Positions 40,536-54,288 of a stretch of 64,000 nucleotides of DNA are shown piece after piece. Under the pieces are notes generated by a model. It did not search any database. It was not told where the DNA came from and saw nothing but the letters and a program-made list of their open reading frames with translations. This stretch comes from the human T2T-CHM13v2.0 reference genome, Homo sapiens: NCBI RefSeq assembly GCF_009914755.1, contig NC_060925.1; one strand, 5' to 3'. The position numbers were made by a program, and so were the translations under genes. The first letter of the stretch is position 1. Each line of letters begins with the position of its first letter.

Positions 40536-41149
40536 ATATTAAAGCACTGTTAGAAATGAATATGGAGAGTATCGACCTAGGGAGTAATGTTTTGTTGACA
40601 TTAGAATGGATGAAAGGAGATGACAGGAGAGTGGAAAGAAAGCACACGTGGCAGAGGCAAGTTCAGTTGCAAGGCCCTGAATAGGGGTTGGGGATGGGGC
40701 AGGGTGAGCCTGTGAGGCTAAGGAGACAGGTGCCATCCCACAGCCCTTGTGGGCCATAGGCAAGGGCTCTAGTTTTCATCCTGAGAGCTATGTAGATCCC
40801 TGGAAATGTTTCAGCATGAAGTGTGGGTATTTTCATCTGCCGTGCACTTTTTAATCTGGTCCTGACTACTGACTGCTGCTGAGGGGCATCTCTTAACCTT
40901 GGCCTCTAACTGAAGCTGAGCCTCAGGGAAGTCCCCTCCCATAAGCAGGGGTTAACATGTCCTCACTGGCCTCAAGTCACCCACCTCATCACTGCTGTCA
41001 CCAACCAGCCCACCAGGAGGGCACACACGCACCCCACATTATTCTTGGCTGGTGATCCTGCTTGCTCATCACAGAAATAACTGAGGCTGTGAGGCTGTTA
41101 GGTATCGTGCCTTGACTTTACAAACATATGTGTATGGGAATCCCACAAC

Positions 41150-41365
41150 CACCACTTACTAACCCGTGACTGGGGGCATGTTGTTTAGCCTCTTTGTGTC
41201 TCAGTTTCCTCATTTATAAATAGGGAATAAAAAAGGTATTGCTTTATGAATTCTTGAGAACATGAAATAAGTTAACATATGTAAACATATATTAAGTGTG
41301 CAATATTTTTGAATGTATGTAAAGTGTGCCTGGTATATCAGAGTGCTTATTATTATTATTATTAT
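41150..41365 (+). mobile_element. MIR SINE ending in (TTA)n
   Basis: CCTCTTTGTGTCTCAGTTTCCTCATTTATAAATAGGG. Confidence 0.75.
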
Positions 41366-41451
41366 TACCATGACTCTTACTTCTGTTGATTTGCACCTGC
41401 CTCAATCAGTTCTCCTAGTCCCTCCTCTGTCTGTACGAAGCAGTAGGGGAT

Positions 41452-41603
41452 GATGACTCACTATGTTGCCTAGGCTAAAGTGCAGTGGCTATTCACAGGT
41501 GTGTTTATAACACACTACAGCCTCCAACTCCTATGCTCAAGGGATCCTCTTGCCTCAGCCTCCCAAGTAGCTAGGACTACAGGCATGTGCCACCAGGCCT
41601 GAC
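41452..41603 (-). mobile_element. FAM (fossil Alu monomer)
   Basis: Monomer retaining the 7SL-type segment CCTGTGAATAGCCACTGCAC (read on minus strand), which is absent from dimeric Alus. Confidence 0.8.
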
Positions 41604-41869
41604 TTACCTGTACTCTTGACCTATCCTCTCTCTCTTTTTTTTTGTAAGCCTTATCCACTGTTTTTTTCCTCTTGCTTACAGATTTCCAAAATTTCTCTCA
41701 CTTCTGATACAGTTCCCAAACCTTGAGAAAATTTTCGTGTGTCTCTTAAACAAACAATTAAAAAAGGCAAAACAACAATGAAAAAGGCAGAAACAATAGC
41801 AGCTTTGTCCTGCATCTCTCTCCACCCCCGCCTTTCCAGGCATCCCTCATCACCGAGCCCCCGGAAGGG

Positions 41870-43560
41870 CATCTCCTCTGGTTGCTTTCACCTGCTCAGC
41901 CTCCTGTTCATCCCTCAGCTTCCTGCAGTCACGCTCCTAAGCTAATTTGCTCTGAGAAAAGTGCTCTCATAAATCTCGCTAATGACTTCCTTGTTTTCAA
42001 ATCCAAAGGACTCTTCAGTTCTTAGTGCAGCAGGTAAACTTTGAGTTGTCCACTACTTTCTTTCTGAACCCCTGTCCTCCCTTGGCTTTGGAGATGACTG
42101 TTTCATTGGGTTTTCTTCATCATCTTGACATTTTCTTCTCAACTGCAATTGTGTGATGGTCTTTCATGTTCTCTTCCTTTTTCTACTCCTTAAACTCTTG
42201 TGTTTTTTTGGTTCTCACTTGATCTGAGAATTGCATCTGTGTTCAGGTTTCTACCTATTTCCTATGTCCTGGTTCCTCATGTGTCTGTGTCTCCAGCCTG
42301 GATCTTCAGCCTGAGCCCCAGTCTCATATCCCAGATACGAGATACCTGGATGCCTCACAGGTTGCTCAACTCCATCATGTCCCAAACACAATCAGTGGTG
42401 ATCTTTCCTCAAAACAGGATCGTTTCTTTTTTATCTCTCTTTTGAATAAATGACCCCAAAATCTGCTCATTCAGCTAGAAATCCAAGACCCATCCTTGCT
42501 CTTTCTTCTGCTTTACCATGTGACCATCTAAGTGGCTATGGAATTCTGTAGACCCTGCCTCCAGCCTCACTCGTTTCTCTCCCTCTTCTCTCCTGACATT
42601 ATAAGTCACTCTTGTCCCAGCTCGGGCTGTTCTTCTCTTATCTGGTCTTTTGTGATAGACCCCTATATTGGTCCATTTTCACATTGTTGATAAAGACATA
42701 ACCTGAGACTGGGTAATTTATAAGGAAAAAGAGGTTTAATGGACTCACAGTTCCACGTAACTGGGGAGGCCTCATAATCATGGTGGAAGGCAAAAGGCAC
42801 ATCTCACATGGTGGCAGACAAGGGAAGAGGGCTTGTGCAGCGAACTCCCCTTTATAAAACCATCAGATCTCGTGAGACTTATTCACTGTCACAAGAATAG
42901 CACGGGAGAGATGTTCCCCCATGATTCAGTAGTTACCTCCCACTGGGTCCCTCCCACAACACATGGGAATTGTGGGAGCTACAATTCAAGAGGAGATTTG
43001 GGTGGGGATACGGCCAAACCATATCAACCCCTAATTGATCTCCCTACTTCCAGTGTGTTCCTCTGGCATCCATCACACATTGGGCTGCTTCTAGGGTGAT
43101 TCTTCTGAAGTGCAAACCATGTTGATCTTTCCCTTGCTTAAAATTCCAAAATAGTTGCTGAAGAATGAGTTTCAACCTTCTCAGCATACCATGTATGGCC
43201 TGTTACACTCTGGTCCCTACTTGCCCTCATCATGGGCCCTTCACTGTGTGCAAAACTCCCTGCAGTTCTTAGAACGTGCTGGATTATTTGATATACCTGG
43301 CCCTTTGCCTATCCTGCTTGCCCCCTCTGCCTTGTGAGCATCTCCTCAACCTAGAATCTTGGTCTTCTCCACTTTTTTTTATATAGGCTTCTATTTTAGC
43401 ATCTGTAGAATTCTATATTTTTCACTTATTTGTTTGCCAAATCTTTAGTTCTGCTCACTCTCTGAGGGCAGGGTCTCTCTTTCTCTCTCATCTCTAATGC
43501 CACATGCTGTACTGGGAGTGTGGTAGCTGATCTTTAAATGTTTGTTGAATGAATGAATAT
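41870..43560 (+). mobile_element. Long L2 fragment interrupted by THE1B
   Basis: CTAATGACTTCCTTGTTTTCAAATCCAAAGG; CTCAACTCCATCATGTCCCAAAC; 3' end TGTTTGTTGAATGAATGAAT. Confidence 0.8.
42664..43026 (-). mobile_element. THE1B solo LTR, full length
   Basis: 363 bp, TATATTGGTCC...CCAAACCATATCA; perfect 5-bp TSD ACCCC at 42659-42663 and 43027-43031. Confidence 0.95.
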
Positions 43561-43840
43561 ATCTTGAATGAGTAGAGAGTGCAAAATGTCTCCCTTTCAC
43601 AATAGGCATTCTAGTGTAGGATGTAGAAAACTGTAACTTTTGGTAAGTCAATGGACCTCTCTGAAGTCAGTTTTCTCATCAATAAAGTTTGAATTACAGT
43701 ATATCAGCTTCAAGGCTGAGAGATGAGCTAGACAGTATTTTGAGGTCTCTCTAACATTCAGAACACTTTTAGATGAATAGGATTTATTAGTCTAGTTTCC
43801 TCTCCTTGCCTAAAAATGTTTTTTTTTAAAATGCATTTTA

Positions 43841-44239
<399 letters not shown>

Positions 44240-44450
44240 CTATCAGTAATCCACTGAGGAGGTATTTTCATTATCCCCATTTTGCAGTTAAAGAGGCTGA
44301 GGTCTAGGGTCATTGGCCAGTGGGTGTTGGAGCCAGGTTTCAGACACAGTCACATCCATGGTGATGAAGTGTGATTTACCCCTGTTCTACACTATCTCAA
44401 TTTTTGAAGCTGTGGTTGGGAACCAGGTTTCATTTTATTATAATATAGGC

Positions 44451-44645
44451 CAGGGATTGGCAAAGTTTTCCTGTAAATGTGCAGAAGGTAAATATTTTAT
44501 TCTTTGCTATTGCATATTCTTTTTTTGTGTGTGGTGGAGAGGAGGGGTATTTTAATTTTGTTTTGCTTTCTACAATCTTTTAAAAATGTAGAAATCATTT
44601 TTCATTTACGGGCCATACAAAAACAAGTCATGGGTAGGGCAAGTG
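44451..44645. mobile_element. MER58B-like hAT MITE
   Basis: CAGGGATTGGCAAAGTTTTCCTGTAAA...TTTAAAAATGTAGAAATCATT...GGGCCATACAAAAACA. Confidence 0.75.
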
Positions 44646-45167
44646 GCTTTATCCTTCATAGAGTTAGCCTTTTTCTCCCTGAGCTTACCAAGTCAGGACA
44701 GTTTTTCTATTAGAACATTGAAGCAACACAAGAATCAACGAATGTTTCAGTAAGTCTTGTTAGAGAAGATCAGCCAGATTCCACAGTAAACAGACTGACA
44801 GTCACAGCCTCCTTTGCAGCAGCCTACAAGAGTTCCATTAAATGCTGACCAGCCAGGCCCAAAATGTCAATGTCTGCTCTGTGAATAGTCCCTTTTTATA
44901 GAATGGCACATCCTGTAGAGAGCCAATATCTTAACTTCATCATTCTGGTCTCAGTAACTTACATAAGATCTTCCCCCCAAAAGATCTGTGATAAAATAGG
45001 GAAGGTGACTCAAGATCTTTGACTGCCTGGTCTTAAATCTAAATCAATCAACAAGTTAAGAGTCTATTTAACACCTCTTCCCTAACCTCTAGTGTTGCAT
45101 TTGGGATACAAGAGAACAAAAGCTCCCCGATGAAATTTTAAATACACAAAGAGAAGACAGGAAATCC

Positions 45168-45337
45168 CGTGTTTCTTAACCATTTTGGAATGAGAGACCC
45201 CTATGAATACTGACAAACACTATCAACCACATACTCAGAAAAATGCCTGGGTGATGATAGGAAACAATTGGCATTCATTATCAGGGGATTCTTGCCCTGC
45301 TGGAAGTCTAACCACAGGCTCAGTTTCAAAAGTCCTG
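45168..45337. mobile_element. hAT-Charlie MITE (MER117-like)
   Basis: GTTTCTTAACCATTTTGG...GACCCCTATGAA...CAGAAAAATGC...TCAGGGGATTC. Confidence 0.5.
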
Positions 45338-46000
45338 TTTTAAACAATTAGAGAAAGATAAAATGCTGAGATGTGTGGGGTTGGGTGCAGAATCAGCTCT
45401 CCTGAGCCCATTGTCCCTCTGGAGACCTGTGTTCTTGAGTTGCCCACCCACCTGTTTCTGGGTCAATGCCACCCCTCAGTCACCAGTAAGAAAGATCTGC
45501 TTCCTTGGGCCTGCGGTCTATGTCATTTGAGCTGATGTGAGATGCAGCATGGTGCCCCCGAGGCCTGCTCCCCTGCGGCCTTCCTACTCCTTATCTCTGT
45601 GTGTCATGTTTTCCAGCCAGCGCATCTAATGGGAGGTCATGGTACCCTAGCTCGGCATTTTCCTCTGAGTGTTTTTCCATGAGTCAAGGGCAGCCCTCTG
45701 GGAAGCAGGACGTACATGCTGCCTTCTCAGACTCTTGTTCAGTGGAGCATGGGTTCAAAATAAATGTTATTCTCACTTCAAAATGTGAACTTTGCCATAT
45801 GCCCACCTGATCCATAGAGAGAGCTAAGGCAGGCAGAACGGAAATGTGGGTGAACTCTCAGGTCCTGTGGGGCCAAGAGTAGGCACCTGAGGGCTGCCAT
45901 TGGCTATGCTTGACAGCTTGGCAGTGGCAGCAGAGGTGGCCACGAAGCTGGCTCCTCAGAGCCCGATGTTTGGCTCCTGCATGTGTGGTCTCATGGCTGC

Positions 46001-46422
46001 TGCAATAAGTTGTAAAGTGTCTCCCAAATTTTCATGTTCACCTGCCACCTGGGAATGTGGCCTTATCTACAAATAGTCTTTGCAGAGGTCTTCATTAAGG
46101 ATCTTGAGATGCAATCATATTGGATTTCAGGCAGTCCCTAAATTCAATGACTGGTGCCCTTAAGGAAGAGGAGAATACCCAGGGAGACAGAAAGAAGAGT
46201 GCCATGTGAAGATGGAGGTAGAGACTGGAGTGATGCTACCATAGCCAGGAAACACCTGGAGCTAAGAGAAGCTGAAAGATGCAAGGAAGGGGTCACCTCC
46301 AGAGCATGGCCCTGGAGAAACCTAAGATTCCTGGCCTCCAGAATTGTGGAAGAATAGATTTCTTTTGTTTTAAGTCATCAGGTTGTGGTACTTTGTTATA
46401 GCAGCCCTAGGGAACTAGTACA
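46001..46422 (+). mobile_element. MLT1C solo LTR
   Basis: GCCATGTGAAGATGGAGGTAGAGACTGGAGTGATGC...GGTACTTTGTTATAGCAGCCCTAGGGAACTAGTACA; TSD GCTGC/ACTGC. Confidence 0.88.
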
Positions 46423-47358
46423 ACTGCCTTCTAATTGCTGTAGATGACAAATGGGCTGACCCCTGCGTGAGTGGAGACCCCTACTCGAGGCTACCCTGGA
46501 TGATGCTGATGGAGGAATGACTGAGGTCCCAGAGCCTCTGGTGTGAAGAACCTGCAGGTCTTGGAGGTGCTAATTTATTGAAATATTCAGCAAGTTGCCT
46601 GACCTTTCTGTGTATTGGTGTCTGTGGCCAGATAGAAATCCACATCTTCCCAACTTCTACTTGCCCACCTGAGTTCCCACCTGAACTGAAGAAATGCTAG
46701 CTCTCAGTCCAGCCTTGTGAAGAGAACCACATACTACCCTCCAAATTCACCCTGCTTTTTTCTTTCCTCCTCAATGTCTTTGCTTGAAGTTTCCTCTCCA
46801 TCTGGGATAATCCTTCTCATATTCATCCAGTGTTAAACCCAAAATGAATTAATTATTATGTGTCATCTCTTATACTAAACTATAAGTTACTGGAGGTAGA
46901 GGTCATTCACACTCATCCCACAGCCAACCCTGAACACAGCATTTTGTAAAATCCTCATTTGTAGTTCATGTTACACAATATCCAGTATAAAGGAAGAGTT
47001 TAAATTCATTGCAAATGCTAACGGTGATGTGCTCATTTTGGTATTATTAAATGGCAAAGAACCTCATGTTTTTCCTCATGAGATTTTTCTCTTCAGTTCT
47101 AATCCCAAATGTCATTGAATTTGGTTAAAATTACAGAAGATTGTATCATGTTTTTGTAGGTAGAAGTCAAACCTTAGAGTCAGATAACTTGGTTTCCATC
47201 CTCCACCATCTACTTCTCATGCAGCTCTGGGTACAGCTAATGCTTGATGTGCATGTGGATTCAGATGATTCTGTCGATAGGGATAGTAAGGCTCATCTCG
47301 CTGAGTGTTTAAAGGATGTACGAGTCCTGTCAGATGGATGGTGGCCATTGGATGTTAA

Positions 47359-47665
<307 letters not shown>

Positions 47666-47754
47666 CCCCACCCCCCCATCTATTTTTATTGGCTCTCTTT
47701 TATTTCAAGATGGCAAGTGAAATATATTCAATGCAAGGTATTTCTTCACATCAA

Positions 47755-47995
47755 GAAATAATGGCAAATACATACATAGTTCCTACCATGTGTAAGGCAA
47801 TGTGCTAAATACTTAAATATATTAATTCATATAATTATAAGATTATTCTTCTCATCACACAGATGAGGAAAAACTTAGTCATGAAGAGGTCCAGTGACAA
47901 CTTGTCCAGGTTTTCTTAGTTAAGGGTGGAGTCAGGGCTTGAAATCAGGCAGTCTGGCTCCAGAGTCTGAGATCCTAATTACTACACATACTGCA
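47755..47995 (-). mobile_element. MIR SINE
   Basis: ACAGATGAGGAAAA...AGGCAGTCTGGCTCCAGAGTC. Confidence 0.8.
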
Positions 47996-50394
47996 TTCAG
48001 CATTCAAGTTATTGAAATAAATGGGCAGAGAACACATGGGCCTATTGAATAGCCCAGTTGGAACCCAGATGTGCTTTGTTTGTTTGCTTTAATCAGTGGC
48101 AGAATCTTGATAGCTGACCTCCCTGAGCCTTTTATATCAATAATGGGAGCAATGGCCAAAACTCAAAATAATTTAGCAGTGGTTAAAGCTTCCTTCCTTT
48201 TAGGACTACTCTAGAAAAACAAGTCATCGAGAATAATGATTAACTGTGTTGGTTTTTGTACAGAAAGAACTGGGGTTGAAGCCACTTACTAACCCTAGGA
48301 TTTGGAGCTGAGTCTTAGTTTCCTCTCTGGTAAATTCCTCATAGGAATTTATTGAAGATTAAGTGAGCTACTGAACATAAACTGCCTGGCCAAAAGTAAC
48401 AACTGATACGTGGTGTTTTATCATTATGAAGATCATCTAGTCAAGGGTTTTCAGTTTATTACCATAATATGCTAGTGTGCCACTATCACTTAGGAAGTTT
48501 TTAATTCCATCTAAGTAATAATAAAAACATCAAAATTTGTAAATGATAAATCCTTTATTTTTTATAGGTTAAAGTATAATAATATTTTTCTCTGCATTAA
48601 GGTCACGGTTGCTTGCATTTTTCACATTGTTTCTTGAGGACTGAGGAAGGGGTAAAGTCAGTTGGTGAGGAGGGAACTGTGCACAAACTAGGTATATGCA
48701 AGGAAATGTCAGATGTCAAGTGGAAGGTGGTGGAAAAACAAATCGAGGCCCTCAGCACTCACCAGATTCCCTACCTTAGTGGTAAAGAATGTACCTATGA
48801 GATATAGTCACCTGGGAGGGCTGAAGTTTAATTTATATACAGTGTGCTAAGCACTGTTTGCAGGAGTAAAAAATGTGCCTTGTTCTTATTTGTACAACTT
48901 ATTTCCAAATATGTGTGTGTGTGCATGTGTATGTGTTATGTGTGTGTACACTATTGGGGTTAATACAAGTAAAAAGTCATTTAAAGGCATAACTAAATTC
49001 ATAGTAGCTGCTTGTCATTACATATTTCATAATTAGCAAATACTAAAAGTGTCATAGATGTAGAAGTAAGAAATATTTTTGAGATTTACAAAGGCATCAC
49101 ATACTCTAAAAGAAGGAGAAGCCCCAAGTAACTGATGAAAGTGTGTGGCCCAGGGTCTGTCACGCTCAGCTGCTCAGTGATCATTTCTGTCGGTTTTCTC
49201 GAAGTGGTGGAATATGCTGGTGCCTCTTGTCAGGGAAGGGGCATCACCCAAGGCTGCAGGCCAGGAAGAAAAAGAATCAGAACTCTGGGTGGATCTAGAC
49301 TGGAGTAAAATCCAAGGCCATGAGAACATGGCACTGTAGAGGGCCTTCTTGTAGAGGCAATGATTCTTGTATTTGTAGATATGTAGGTTGTTTTCAAGAA
49401 GATCTGTTCAAGTTTGTGTTGAGGCTGTAAAGCCAGGTCTAGCTCCAGGGAAAGGGCTGGCAAGGGTAAACTAAGGGGAAGTTTCTGGTCAGTTGGGCTA
49501 GGGTTAGAGCTTCCAAGGGGATGTTGGAAATGGAATGAAGAAGCAAGGACCAGACTAGAAGGACACAGAGATGCTGCCCATGCATAGTTGGGGACAGTAA
49601 GGGGGTTGCAGCCCAGTGTCCAGGGGGCACCTGGCAGTGAAGTTTGTTCTAGACACAATTGACACAATTTATTTGGGGAGTGGGTTCCAATTTATATGGG
49701 GAGAGGGCCCTTTATTTCAGAAACTAATGGTGCTGGGTCTGTAGGAATAGATCGTTCCTTACAGCTTGGAAGGTCAAAGCCAGTCAGAAAAAAAATGTAT
49801 GATTTTCCCTCTCTCAGCATCCTACATGAGTGGTCATCCATTCTCTGCTGATACATCTTTAGTGATATCAGTCCCTTTAGGGTGAAATGGGTTCATAATC
49901 CACTCAGAAGAAGAGACACCTGTTGTTTGTTTTATTGGAGATGGGATACCAATGGGGTGTTACAGCTTGTCCCAAAAGGCTATTTGCAAGGTTGTGATGT
50001 CGTATGGGAAGTTTGTGAGGTTCTGAGTTAGGATCTGATTACGTTTGCAGAAGACTGCAATGGCATATTTGAATACAAATAAAATAGTTATATGGGGAGT
50101 GCGTGTGTGTATGTGTGAGAGAGAAAGACAAGCACACAGACAGACAGACAGATATAGACTAGAAGAGAGAGAAATTTATCCTTCAGTGTTGAAAATATGG
50201 CATCCTTTCAGGAAGTAGGACTTAGAGTACAAAAGTTTTCTTTCAACTCTATACTTCTGGAATTCTCTCAGTGTCCCTTTTTGTCAATTTGTATTATTGT
50301 TTTAACTGGTAATCATTGCACACGTATGCTATACCAGGCACTGGGTTCCGTGATTTTTATACAATGTAACACCTAATCCTTGCAACACAGGTAG

Positions 50395-50955
50395 TGTCTA
50401 TAAAAACCTCAAAAGGACAGGCTTGGCAGCATTTCCAGGATAGCTGAACACGGGGAGGTTCCTGGAGGGTGGCACACCCAGGGAGGGCATGGAAGCTCCA
50501 CGCCCCCTCCCCTATACGCACCCTGTGCAACTCTGCATCTGTATCCTTTGTAATATCATTTATAATAAACCAGTAGACATGATTCCTTGATTCGGGAGCC
50601 ACCCTAGCAAACTAATAGAATCCAAGGAGGGGGTTGCGGGAACCCTGATTTATAGCCGGTCAATGGTAAGCATGGGTAAGACAACCTGGGACTTGTGATT
50701 GGCATCAGAAGTCAGTGGAGCCTTGTGGGACTGAACCCTCAACCTGTGTGATCTGACACTATCTCCAGGTAGACAGTGTTAGAACTGAATTAGAGGACAC
50801 CCAGCTGGGTGCCACTAAATAAATAATTTGCTGCAGAATTGATAGATTAGTGGTTGCTGGGGGGAAAATCCCCACACCCTTCTGGGTGACTACAGGTTAC
50901 AGAAGTCTTCTGTATTGACTATTGAGAGTACAGTAGGAGAAACTGACTTTGTTCT
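50395..50955 (+). mobile_element. MER21-family ERV LTR
   Basis: GGAGGTTCCTGGAGGGTGGCACACCCAGGGAGGGCATGGAAGCTCCACGCCCC; GTGGGACTGAACCCTCAACCTGTG. Confidence 0.85.
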
Positions 50956-51379
50956 TCCTGCTCAAGCCCCTATGCAAATTTCCTTATTTCTATACTTTCT
51001 TGAGCCTAACATTTACATTCTCTTATTGGACTCTTAGAAGCTAGAATCAAAATCTTAGAATTATTGTGAAAACCTTTCTCCCAAACTGTGTGTAATGGAA
51101 TCACAAATTTAAGTTCCTACCTAACTCAGATGTGAAAAGAATTAAATCTGAAATTTCACTTTTGCCTATGATTAATTTGGTTTTTCTCCTGAACTTCCGC
51201 TTAGTGGGAAAATAAATTAAGGACATGTCGAGTCTGATATAACCTTAGTCCAATTTTGAAAGTTGGGAAGTTAAATAATCCCTTCAGGTAGTGTTCAATC
51301 TCTCCCTAGAGAGAAAAAAAGCCTCTAGCATTTGGGCATATGGGAGAGGGGTGCACGTCACTTGGAATGATGCAGACAT

Positions 51380-51981
51380 ATAAGTTAGGATATATAATGC
51401 TGGCTTCAGGGCTGGACACAATGGCTTATGTCTGTAATCCCAGCACTTTGGGAGGCCTAGGCAGGAGGTTAGCTTGAGGCCAGGAGTTTGAGACCACCCT
51501 GGGGAACAAAGTGAGACTCCATCTCTACAAACAACAACAACAATAATAACAATAATGCTAGCTTCTGTAACAAACAACCCTCCAAAAATCTCAGTGGCTT
51601 AATGCAAAGGCTTATTTCTCATCCACGTCACAGTTGGATGTGGAAAGGGTAGCTTTCCTTAAAGTGGTGACAATCATTCATGCTCTCTTTTCATCTCTTT
51701 TTTAATCTCTATCAAAATATCCATCTCCCTCTCTGTCCCTCTTCCCTCAGTACATGACCTGAGTGTTTGCTGTGGCGGAGGAAAGAGAATGATGAAGAAT
51801 TGGGTATGGGGTTGATGATGACCAGGCCTGAAGCGGTGGCCATCAACACTGCTCAGATTCCATTTACCAGAACCTGGTCACAAGGCCCCAGCCTCACTGC
51901 AAGAGCAGCTAGTAAATGTAGTTTCTCTATGAGCTCAAGGAGAGGAAACCAGATTGGTGGGATCTGGCCATGGTCGGCTAC
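51380..51981 (-). mobile_element. MLT1J-like LTR interrupted by a FLAM
   Basis: TGTAACAAACAACCCTCCAAAAATCTCAGTGGCTTAA...GCTAGTAAATGTAGT. Confidence 0.75.
51410..51551 (+). mobile_element. FLAM_C / free left Alu monomer with (AAC)n tail
   Basis: Monomer flanked by TSD ATAATGCT(G/A)GCTTC(A/T)G at 51394-51409 and 51552-51567. Confidence 0.85.
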
Positions 51982-53004
51982 AGTGAGGAATCGCTCCCCA
52001 GCCCTCCTGCTATTTCCTCCTATGAGTGCTGGCTGGCAGTGTCCCTTGTCTGCGTGGTCCTCTGTTTCTGACACTGAAGTGGGTGGCTGGTGCACTCAGG
52101 CTCATTTCTCTTGTCTCAGCCAACACTGCCAGGGGAGCTCCCTGCCTGACTTGGCCTCACCTTGGCTGCCACAGGCATCTTACTACTGGGCCTCACACCA
52201 TGTCTCCTGTCAGTCTACTGGCCAGAAAGTCCACCCCCAGGCCCTCCTGTGGGGTCATTTTGCTCTGCCATGGACCTTTCTAGGGGGGCACCAGTGGCTC
52301 TCAGCTCAGCAGCCATATCATCCAGGAACTGGCAGTGGTTTAGTCAACCTAAACACAGGCTTCCCTTCAACCACACGCCAGTGATGACCTCTGGCTAAGA
52401 CCCAGGCTGCTGGGAGGCTGCTTGTTAGCAGGGTTCTTTCCAGAGTCTCAAAGAGAAACAGGATGCATGGTCCTCCCATGAGTGCTCCTATTAAGTTATC
52501 TAATTTACCTTCTGTTTCTGAGCCTAAGTCCACAAAGAGGAAGGGGAAGAACTGCTGTTCTCTGTGCCTCATCCCCTTCCTTTCCATGAGACCCAGGATC
52601 CAACAAAGGGTGGGATTTTCTTCCACATCCCTCAGCCACAGCCTCTACCTCGCAGAGTGGGCCTTTGCACCAGAGAATAAACACTTGTGATTGAGTCCTG
52701 GTGCTGACTGAGATCAGGTGTTGATGTGTTAAAGAAGATAAAAAGATTTGGATAATCCTTTCTCAAGATAATTGACTGGCTTGCCAGCAGTGGTAGAGCT
52801 TTGACAATCTACATTTTGACTTCCATAATTGAATATCATCTCATTTTTTCTTCTTTACATTAATTCTATGATAATTTCTAATCTTTCCCAGGTAGGCATA
52901 TGCATAGGGTAGAGGGGAAAGGAATGTGTACTTAGGCAAAAGAGAAATGACATTAATTTAAGCATGCTTCCGTTTAAGGGGGATCCTTTTAGGAATATAG
53001 GCCA

Positions 53005-53890
<886 letters not shown>

Positions 53891-54067
53891 GTTGTAACAG
53901 AGCAGCTCTGGGCCAGCATTATCCCTAGGGTTAGTGCTACAGTGGCCCATCTACCTCTGCTTGAATTGGTACAGGGGTAGGAATGTGTGCTTTCATAGGA
54001 AAATCTGTAGAGGCTGGCAGGCTTAATTGTCAGGCGACTCTGTCCTCTTCTTTCAGTTCCTATAGGA

Positions 54068-54288
54068 CAGGGGTTGGCAAACTACTGCCCACAAGCCAAA
54101 TCTGCCCTCGTCTGTTTTTGTAAATAAAGGTTGATTATAACACAGCCATGCTTATTCATGTATATATTGTCTCTGGCTGCTTTTGTGTTACAATGGCAGA
54201 ATTGAGTAGCGGTGACAGAGACCAAAGTGTACGCAAAGCCTAAAGTATTTACTAATTAGACCTTTTAAGAAAATGCTTTTGACCTCTG
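54068..54288. mobile_element. MER58A hAT MITE
   Basis: CAGGGGTTGGCAAACTAC...TTGACCTCTG; 8-bp TSD CTATAGGA/TTATGGGA. Confidence 0.9.

Noticed and set aside
49617-49632. CTCF-like TGTCCAGGGGGCACC (similar sites at ~12716 and ~52278)
   Set aside because: The 5' CC of the core motif is mismatched; such partial matches are common by chance.
51767-52384. Longest ORF (205 aa)
   Set aside because: Non-ATG start, 5' part lies in an MLT1J-like LTR, no recognisable domain, and composition typical of chance ORFs.
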